Below are positions 19,216-26,530 of a DNA stretch of 46,147 bases, in pieces (position 1 is the first letter of the stretch; each line of letters opens with the position of its first letter). The stretch comes from Candidatus Cryptobacteroides faecihippi. Lineage in GTDB: Bacteria; Bacteroidota; Bacteroidia; Bacteroidales; UBA932. The translations under genes and the position numbers were made by a program. The notes under the pieces were generated by a model, which worked only from the letters and a program-made list of their open reading frames with translations, searched no databases and was not told the origin of the DNA. The stretch covers positions 1 through 46,147 of the forward strand of contig JAGHSC010000173.1 of assembly GCA_018066065.1 (NCBI GenBank), read 5' to 3'.

Positions 19216-20592
19216 ATGATGATACTGGTCGAAACATTGCTCTGCATCCTTTTCATCGGCATCGCCGCCACGATGCTGTTCAAGAACGTGAACGCACCAA
19301 CCGTGCTTCTTGTCCTTGGACTGCTCATGGTCGGTGTGTCGGCATTGCTTGGAATCACTCCTGTCAATGTCGCCAATCCGACGGGATCAGCATTCTTCGA
19401 CCTGTTCAAGACAGCTGAGGAAAGATTCCTTACTTCCATCGCCAAGCTGGGATTCATGATCATGACGATCGGAGGCTACGTCTCCCTGATGAACAGGATA
19501 AAGGCCACGGATGCGATGGTCTACATCGCTACCCGTCCTCTATCCTTCTTCAAGGGACGTCCGTACCTTATCTCCGTCATCGTCATCCCTCTGGGAATGA
19601 TCATCTACCTCACCATCCCTTCGGCTTCCGGGCTTGGACTTCTCCTTGTGTCCACAGTCTATCCTATCCTTGTCGGTCTGGGTGTCAGCAAGGCCACGGC
19701 ACTGTCCGTGATCTCAGCCGCCACCATCTTCGACATGGGTCCGGGCTCTGCGAACACGCTCAGGGCATCCGAGATCGCCGGGGTCGACAGCGTTGGATAC
19801 TTCATCGGTGAGCAGCTTCCTCTCATCATCCCGACAACCATCGTCGTGATGGTGGCCTACTATTTCTGCAACAGATACTTCGACCGCAAGGACCTTGCAG
19901 CCGGCAAGCAGATCTATGCGGAGGGAAATGTCAATGGCAGGCCGGATGTACCGCTTTTCTACGCGGTATTCCCGATCCTCCCGCTTTTCCTCCTCATCAT
20001 CTTCTCTCCTTACGTCGGGATCTTCGACACCCGCATCACAACTGCGCTTGCCATGATCATCTGCATGATCGTCGTCCTTTTCTGTGTCCTCATCATGAAG
20101 AGGGATGTAAAGGACAGCTTCGGCCTTGTCAAGAGTTTCTGGGACGGAATGGGAAGCACATTCTCATCGGTGGTGACTCTCATCGTCACTGCCGAGATCT
20201 TCGCCATCGGACTGACAAGCCTGAAGTTCATAGATCTTCTGGTGAACGGAACCTCATCCGTAGGATTCGGAGCGATTGCCATCACTGCCCTCATCACGCT
20301 GACAGTATTCTTCTCGGCAACCATGATGGGAAGCGGCAACGCAGCCTTCTTCTCCTTCGGACCGATGGTCCCGGGCATCGCGCAGATGATGGGAGCGACA
20401 ACGCTCCAGATGCTTGTCCCTATCCAGCTCTGTGCGGGAATGGGACGCGCCACATCTCCGATCGCTGCAGTCAACGTGGCAATCAGCGGAAGCGTCGGTG
20501 TCTCTCCGATGGAAGTTGCAAGGCGTAACATGATCCCTATGATCATCGGAGCCATCTTCCTCACTGTCACAAGTTTCATCATGAATTGGTAA
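19216..20592 (+). CDS. dcuC: DcuC-family C4-dicarboxylate/amino-acid carrier
   Basis: Polytopic membrane protein with IPSASGLGLLL, MGSGNAAFFSF and GRATSPIAA motifs of the DcuC family. Confidence 0.85.
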   Translation: MMILVETLLCILFIGIAATMLFKNVNAPTVLLVLGLLMVGVSALLGITPVNVANPTGSAFFDLFKTAEERFLTSIAKLGFMIMTIGGYVSLMNRIKATDAMVYIATRPLSFFKGRPYLISVIVIPLGMIIYLTIPSASGLGLLLVSTVYPILVGLGVSKATALSVISAATIFDMGPGSANTLRASEIAGVDSVGYFIGEQLPLIIPTTIVVMVAYYFCNRYFDRKDLAAGKQIYAEGNVNGRPDVPLFYAVFPILPLFLLIIFSPYVGIFDTRITTALAMIICMIVVLFCVLIMKRDVKDSFGLVKSFWDGMGSTFSSVVTLIVTAEIFAIGLTSLKFIDLLVNGTSSVGFGAIAITALITLTVFFSATMMGSGNAAFFSFGPMVPGIAQMMGATTLQMLVPIQLCAGMGRATSPIAAVNVAISGSVGVSPMEVARRNMIPMIIGAIFLTVTSFIMNW

Positions 20593-20608
20593 ATAAAGGA
20601 AACATATA

Positions 20609-23536
20609 ATGAAAAGATCATCCAACAAAGCGTTTATCCTTGCATCCATGGCCATGGGTGCCTTCTGGAGCTGCAAGGACGAAAGTGGTCTCTATGAAGA
20701 GATCGACCCTGATGCTCTGAGAGTCGCCAACATCTTCCAGCTCAAGAACATGAGCACGGAGAACTGCAAGTACAAGGTGACGCTCTCCGCCACTGTCGTG
20801 AGCGGTGGTGACAACTTTGCTGCCGGCACCTGTGCCATCGAAGATGGTACCGAGGCTCAGCAGGGTATCCTTGTCGTGGCCGACGAGGCATCCAAGTTCT
20901 CCTTCGGCGAGAAGGTCAACATCTATCTTGACGGAACAACCGTCAAGAAGAACGGTGGCCTCATCACGATGACTGTCCCTGCAGGCCAGATGACATCTGC
21001 CGGTGCTTCCTCCCAGGCAGCTGAGGCAGTGCAGATCACTCCTGCCCTTCTTGCAGGTGGAAACTATCAGTCCATGTACGTCTCTCTCGAGGGATGGCAG
21101 GTCGTTGAAGAGGATCTCGAGAAGACCTGGGGCGAAGGCATCAGGATCGAAACGAAGGAAAAGGACACCGTCTGTGTACATGTTCTTTCAAGTGCCTCGT
21201 TCGCTTCTCACAAGCCGTTTTCCGGAAGTGGAAAGATCTCCGGTGTCGTCAGCCATGACGGTGACGGATATGTCATCATGCCACAGGCTGAAGATGATGT
21301 CGAGTTCACTGATCCACGCTTCATCGTTACTGCACCTAACCGTGCATTCCATGTCTGGGCCGAGGGTGCTTCCCTCAAGGCATTCGTCTCTGAAGTCTCA
21401 TCAAATGAGATGGAAGGCGCTGTCCAGCTCCAGGGTGCTGCGAACTGCTTTGTCGTCAATGCTCCTGGTACTTACTGCTTCGATGCAAAGGCTGCTGACG
21501 GCAACTATCCGGCAGGGATCGAGGAAGGAACCAAGATCTACTTCAAAGTCAAGGCTGTCGGTGGCAACACCGTGGTCTGCTACGTAAGCCCTGAGGATGG
21601 AACTACAGTCCTCTGGACATGGCACATCTGGGCTGCAAGCGCTTCTCTTGAAGAGATGAGCATTACCCGCAAGGCGGCTGCGGCCGACGACGGTGTCACC
21701 AGGTCTGTAGTCATGCTCGACCGACTCCTCGGTGCAACTTCAACCACTCCTGGTGAACTCGGTACCTATGGCCTTGTCTACCAGTGGGGCAGAAAGGATG
21801 CAATCATCGGTGCCGGCATCCGAGGTTCATGGAGTTCTTCAGGAGACAGTGAGATCCCTACCGGAAGCGACAAGTGGGTAGAGAATATGTTTGATGGTAC
21901 TGCAATCAGCACGGCAAACAATGACCTCTTCCCTGATTTCGGCTACAAGTTCGGAACAGACCTCGGCGAGGCAACCCAGAACCATCTTGCAGGTGCACAG
22001 TTCGCTACCACCTACATCGGCAACAGCAGTTCAAGCTCGATCGTGGGCTATCCATCCTACAATGACACCAAGTGGGCAGCAGTTGCCAACCCATGTCCTG
22101 CAGGCTATCATGTCCCTACCCCTGACGAGGCCAAGGCTATCCTTGGTGTGACCGCCAGCTACACTGGTGAGGAGTACACCTTCCACGCCGATGGAACAAC
22201 CCCAGGCATGGACAAGGAGAAGGATCTCGGTACCAAGCTCAAGGGCCTTGACGTCTGGTTCCCTAACTGCGGTAACCGCGCCCGCAACAGTGCCCGCTAC
22301 CTCAACCTCGGAAGCCGTCACTACTCATGGATCGATGAGATAAGCGGCAACAACGGCAGGTGCTTCTCCATCCAGAGCAACGGTACCACTACCACCGTCA
22401 ACCCTGCGAACTCATTCAACCGTGGTAACGCCACCAGCGTACGCTGCGTCAAGGATGATTCCTACATCGAGGGAGCCGCTTCTGACAATGGCGCCATTGT
22501 CTGGTCGGATGCATCTTCGCTCACAGCCAACATCTCAAAGGCATCCACGGTCGCAATGTCAGGTGCAACCGCTCTTGACGGCCCTGCAAACTGCTACGTG
22601 ATCAAGACTGCCGGGAAGTACAGCTTCGATGCAAAGGATGCTGCAGGAAACTATCCTGCAGGCATCCCTGAAGGTACAAAGATGTACATCAACGTCACCA
22701 GTGCCACCCCTGGCAATGCTGTCGTCGGCTACTGCGACCCTGACACGAAGGCCCTCCTCTGGACCTGGCACATCTGGATCGCCGGCGCTTCTGCATCGGA
22801 GATGGAGGTCGCAAAGAATGGTGTCACGATGCTTGACCGTCTTCTTGGTGCCACCTCAGTCACCCCTGGTTCTGTCGGAGCCATCGGACTTTACTACCAG
22901 TGGGGCCGCAAGGACCCTCTTGCCGGCGTCAACACCACCGGCGTGGGCGATGACACCGAGGACATGAAGCTTGACTATGTCGATGGCGCCAAGGGATTCC
23001 CGGGCGCTGCAACCAACAAGGGTACCGTCAACACCGAGGTGACCACCGCCTGGGCAGGTGCCGAGTTCTCAGGCAAGACCCATCAGGATGCAGCTGCTCT
23101 CCCTACAACCTATCTCACAGGCTACACCTTTGCAGATGCCCTCTATCCAGAGGCAGTCATGTGGGATGCAGCAGCCGACCCATGTCCTGCCGGCTATGCC
23201 GTTCCAAGCAGGGATCAGTCTGCCGGATTCTTCGGAGCAGGTGCCGACATCTTTGCCAACATGTACAACGCTGACGGCACAACTGCCGGAATGGATGTCA
23301 CAACCAACTTCGGATGTACGCTCAGCGGCTACGGCATCTGGTTCCCTAACAACGGTAACCGTGCCCGTGCCGAAGGCCGTGCAGTCAGCCTCGGACGCCG
23401 TCATTTCTCATGGGACAATGAGCGCAATGGCAACAATGGCTACATCATCCGCCTCGCAAGGGCCCAGGGTGACAACAACACTGCAGCAACCTTCGCCAAG
23501 GGAAATGCCACCGGCGTCCGCTGCGTGAAGAAATAA
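20609..23536 (+). CDS. Surface lipoprotein: DUF5689-like N-terminal region plus two tandem Fib_succ_major/C-type-lectin-like (pilin-tip-type) modules
   Basis: Lipobox FWSC-KDE. Each repeat has ANC(F/Y)V, LWTWHIW, MLDRLLGA, YQWGRKD, PCPAGYxVP, WFPNxGNR and GNATxVRCVK. Confidence 0.75.
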   Translation: MKRSSNKAFILASMAMGAFWSCKDESGLYEEIDPDALRVANIFQLKNMSTENCKYKVTLSATVVSGGDNFAAGTCAIEDGTEAQQGILVVADEASKFSFGEKVNIYLDGTTVKKNGGLITMTVPAGQMTSAGASSQAAEAVQITPALLAGGNYQSMYVSLEGWQVVEEDLEKTWGEGIRIETKEKDTVCVHVLSSASFASHKPFSGSGKISGVVSHDGDGYVIMPQAEDDVEFTDPRFIVTAPNRAFHVWAEGASLKAFVSEVSSNEMEGAVQLQGAANCFVVNAPGTYCFDAKAADGNYPAGIEEGTKIYFKVKAVGGNTVVCYVSPEDGTTVLWTWHIWAASASLEEMSITRKAAAADDGVTRSVVMLDRLLGATSTTPGELGTYGLVYQWGRKDAIIGAGIRGSWSSSGDSEIPTGSDKWVENMFDGTAISTANNDLFPDFGYKFGTDLGEATQNHLAGAQFATTYIGNSSSSSIVGYPSYNDTKWAAVANPCPAGYHVPTPDEAKAILGVTASYTGEEYTFHADGTTPGMDKEKDLGTKLKGLDVWFPNCGNRARNSARYLNLGSRHYSWIDEISGNNGRCFSIQSNGTTTTVNPANSFNRGNATSVRCVKDDSYIEGAASDNGAIVWSDASSLTANISKASTVAMSGATALDGPANCYVIKTAGKYSFDAKDAAGNYPAGIPEGTKMYINVTSATPGNAVVGYCDPDTKALLWTWHIWIAGASASEMEVAKNGVTMLDRLLGATSVTPGSVGAIGLYYQWGRKDPLAGVNTTGVGDDTEDMKLDYVDGAKGFPGAATNKGTVNTEVTTAWAGAEFSGKTHQDAAALPTTYLTGYTFADALYPEAVMWDAAADPCPAGYAVPSRDQSAGFFGAGADIFANMYNADGTTAGMDVTTNFGCTLSGYGIWFPNNGNRARAEGRAVSLGRRHFSWDNERNGNNGYIIRLARAQGDNNTAATFAKGNATGVRCVKK
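21341..23533 (+). repeat. Intragenic tandem duplication (about 21341-22456 and 22490-23533)
   Basis: Collinear protein motifs and DNA similarity, e.g. CTTCGATGCAAAGG, CTCTGGAC(A/C)TGGCACATCTGG and TCTGGTTCCCTAAC occur in both copies. Confidence 0.85.
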
Positions 23537-23556
23537 TCTGAAAACACTTCTTTGAA

Positions 23557-25422
23557 ATGAATTGGAGAATATTCATTCCTCTGGCTCTTACGGTTTCGTC
23601 GCTCCTTCTTGCCTCATGCAATGGCAAGGAGGAGGGCGGCAGCCTGGATTCAGTCGTGGTCACCGTGACCGATGGTGCAAACCGTTCTGGGAAATGGACA
23701 TCGTCCAGCGATGTCGCTGCCATTGTCCAGAAGGCAGGCAAGACTGCTTCGACGGTAGTCAAGTTCAATGTGAAGGATGCCCAGTCGGGAGTCCTTCACG
23801 CAACGCTTCCAGACATGGAACGCGCCGAGTACCGGATGACAGTCTATTCTCCGTCATTGCTTTCATTACCTTCCGACCAGGATCAGTCGACTTCTGAAAT
23901 CCTGGTCGGCAAGGGTACATTCACACCGAAGGGCAAGTCTGCCGATGTAAGGATGGACATCCCTTCAATCTGCGCAAGGGTAGTTGTCAATGTCCGTTCA
24001 GAGTCCACTGACTATTCAGGATGGAACCTCGAGAACGCGACGTTGACAGGACCTTCTGCAATTGCCGGCAAGGTCTCCATCGATGGGGATGCGCCGAAGG
24101 TTGTCTCTGACGAGTCCAATTCTGTCTTCTTTGACATCGAAACTCCGACTGCGCTCAGGACAAAGGCGCAGACCGTCACATTCAAGATCCTCCCTTCCTT
24201 GATGAAGGGAAATGCTGCTTCCCTGAAATACACTCTGGAAAAGGAAGGAAGCCGTGTCGAGATCACTCACGCCCTGTCTTTCCCTGAAAACTCCGTCGCG
24301 GACGGGTCGGTCACCATCAACGAGACGATTCCGGCCGAGATTTCCGGAGACTGGTCTGCCCAGGGCGCAGGCGTAAAGTACACGAGTGTCTTCCCTGGAA
24401 AGGACTGGGAGACGACGAAGCCTGAGAGCAGGGGCTACAGCTCCGCCAAGCTTGAGGTCTTCCGCAAGCAGCTCGCCAGCGGCTTCAAGACCACCAGCCT
24501 CATGATCGCTGTCGGCGGCAAGGTGATCTTCTCCTATGGAGATGTCACCGAGAATGTCCGCATCGCCTCCTGCAGGAAGAGCCTTCTCTCCACTCTTTAC
24601 GGAAAGTATGTCGAGAACGGTACAATCGACCTGAATCTGACCCTCAGGGATCTTGGGATCGACGAGGCAGAAGACAGCTGGGGTGGAGTCGAGCTGAACT
24701 GGGACGGAGGGAAACTTCTTGAGAGCGAGAAGGATGCAACCATCCTTGACCTGATCACAGCAAGGTCAGGATGCTTCCACAAGCCGGCCAACAGCGGTGA
24801 TGACCATGATTCGATGAAGGCATCCGACAGAGGCAAGTACAAGCATGGAGAGTACTTCCTCTACAACAACTGGGACTTCAACTGTGCCGGAGGTGTCTTT
24901 GAGATGCTTACTGGCCAGAACATCTATGCCGCATTCAAGGAAGACATCGCCGACCCATGCGGCTGGCAGGACTTCTCACTCTCCAACCAGAAGAAGACGG
25001 AAGAGTACAAGGGCGCATCCCAGTTCCCTGCCTACCACTTCTGGATCTCCACCCGTGACATGCTCCGAATGGCCCTCCTCATGATGAACAAGGGCAACTG
25101 GGACGGCAAGCAGGTCGTCAGCAAGGAATGGGCTGAGAGAATCACCAGCATCTACACTCCGCGTGCTCAGATGCACCCGTCCTCAAGGCTCACCAAGCAG
25201 TTCGACTATGGCTACCTCTGGTGGCTTTTCTGCAAGGAATATTCAGGCTACGACCCTGACATCTTCGAGGGAGGCTTCACCGCCACCGGTTCAGGCGGAC
25301 AGTACATCACCGTCCTGCCTAAGCTCGACATGGTCCTTGCCCACAAGGACAACACATTCTCAACCAACGACAAGGAAACTCTGCTGCGCATCGTCAGGCT
25401 TGTTGCAGCATGCAAGGAATAG
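23557..25422 (+). CDS. Lipoprotein: fimbrillin-like N-terminal domain fused to a beta-lactamase-family (class C/S12-like) serine hydrolase
   Basis: Lipobox LLASC-NGKEE. The catalytic domain starts near 24391 (FPGKDWE) and has SxxK (ASCRKS), YxN (YNN), STRDMLR, YGYLWW and ATGSGGQ. The fimbrillin-like call is less certain. Confidence 0.8.
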   Translation: MNWRIFIPLALTVSSLLLASCNGKEEGGSLDSVVVTVTDGANRSGKWTSSSDVAAIVQKAGKTASTVVKFNVKDAQSGVLHATLPDMERAEYRMTVYSPSLLSLPSDQDQSTSEILVGKGTFTPKGKSADVRMDIPSICARVVVNVRSESTDYSGWNLENATLTGPSAIAGKVSIDGDAPKVVSDESNSVFFDIETPTALRTKAQTVTFKILPSLMKGNAASLKYTLEKEGSRVEITHALSFPENSVADGSVTINETIPAEISGDWSAQGAGVKYTSVFPGKDWETTKPESRGYSSAKLEVFRKQLASGFKTTSLMIAVGGKVIFSYGDVTENVRIASCRKSLLSTLYGKYVENGTIDLNLTLRDLGIDEAEDSWGGVELNWDGGKLLESEKDATILDLITARSGCFHKPANSGDDHDSMKASDRGKYKHGEYFLYNNWDFNCAGGVFEMLTGQNIYAAFKEDIADPCGWQDFSLSNQKKTEEYKGASQFPAYHFWISTRDMLRMALLMMNKGNWDGKQVVSKEWAERITSIYTPRAQMHPSSRLTKQFDYGYLWWLFCKEYSGYDPDIFEGGFTATGSGGQYITVLPKLDMVLAHKDNTFSTNDKETLLRIVRLVAACKE

Positions 25423-25426
25423 GTAC

Positions 25427-26530
25427 ATGATCACTCTCATCAAGAACGCGGACATCTACGCCCCGGAGCATCTTGGATGCAAGGACATCCTGATTGCAGG
25501 GGACAGGATCGAGAAGATAGCCGACCGGATTGAACCGGTCGGCATCGAATTCAAGACCATCGACGCGAAGGGCCGCAAGGTCACTCCTGGTTTCATCGAC
25601 AAGCATGTCCACGTGACAGGCGGAGGCGGAGAGTTCGGTTTCGAATCCTATGCCGATGCCCTTCATGCCGAAGATCTTCTCAAGGTTGGAACGACGACTG
25701 TCGTCGGACTCCTTGGGACCGATGGAGTGTTCAAGGAACTTACGACCCTGTACGCCAAGGTGAAGGAACTCGATGTCAAGATGACGGCGTGGATGCTTAC
25801 AGGATCCTATGCCTACCCGTCCAAGACCCTGACAGGAGGCGTGGACAGTGACATTGCCATGATCGACAAGGTCGTGGGCTGCAAGCTCGCACTCAGCGAC
25901 GACAGGGGATCTTTCCCGACCGACCTTGAGCTGATGAGGCTCCTGGCCGACTGCTGGCGCGGAGGCATGACCTGCGGCAAGAAGGGCATCCTCCACATGC
26001 ACATGGGAGTCCTCGGGACCGGGATCAGTCAGATCCTCGGCATCGTGAAGGCCAATCCGCGCCTTCTTCCGCATGTTTCCGTCACGCATTGCGCCAGGAA
26101 GGAGGAACTTTTCAAGCAGTGCTGTGAACTGGCCCGGATGGGTTCCGTCGTGGACATCACGACAGGAGGCTCGAAGTTCGTGGAACCTTTTGAGGCTGTC
26201 GCCCTTGCCCTTGCGGACGGCGTCAGCATCGACAACATAACGTTCTCCAGCGACGGTCGCGGCGGCATCCGCCACATAGACCCTGTGACCGGTGAGGAAA
26301 CCTATGGAACCGGCCCTGTGGACAGCAATCTCAGGGAGTTCCGCAACCTGGTCAACAACTCCGTGCTTCCGATCGAGGACGCTCTCAAGCTCCTGACCGT
26401 CAATGTGGCACGTGAGTATGGATTTAAAGGCAAAGGCCGCATCGCAGAGAACTGCGACGCGGACCTCATCATCTGGGACGACAATCTGTCGATCGGCAAT
26501 GTGATCGCCAGGGGAATCGTCCGTATCTAG
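25427..26530 (+). CDS. iadA: Isoaspartyl dipeptidase (beta-aspartyl peptidase)
   Basis: Starts MITLIKNADIYAPE; GFIDKHVHVTGGGGE, GTTTVVGLLGTD, KLALSD, HMG, TH, FSSDG match the binuclear amidohydrolase IadA pattern. Confidence 0.9.
   Translation: MITLIKNADIYAPEHLGCKDILIAGDRIEKIADRIEPVGIEFKTIDAKGRKVTPGFIDKHVHVTGGGGEFGFESYADALHAEDLLKVGTTTVVGLLGTDGVFKELTTLYAKVKELDVKMTAWMLTGSYAYPSKTLTGGVDSDIAMIDKVVGCKLALSDDRGSFPTDLELMRLLADCWRGGMTCGKKGILHMHMGVLGTGISQILGIVKANPRLLPHVSVTHCARKEELFKQCCELARMGSVVDITTGGSKFVEPFEAVALALADGVSIDNITFSSDGRGGIRHIDPVTGEETYGTGPVDSNLREFRNLVNNSVLPIEDALKLLTVNVAREYGFKGKGRIAENCDADLIIWDDNLSIGNVIARGIVRI

Noticed and set aside
22255-23533. Active diversity-generating retroelement acting on the two C-terminal repeat ends
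   Set aside because: No reverse transcriptase or non-coding template repeat in the window. The copies differ at many synonymous non-adenine sites and by an indel. NNC codons are expected from this genome's codon bias.
25163-25426. N-terminal extension of IadA in the ORF track
   Set aside because: Overlaps the upstream hydrolase; the family-like start is the ATG at 25427. The same applies to the extended starts at 3980, 11298, 38753 and 44445.
13621-26530. Canonical cyanophycin degradation cluster
   Set aside because: iadA fits, but no S51 cyanophycinase is present and an all-L polymer would not need a racemase. Kept only as an alternative substrate.
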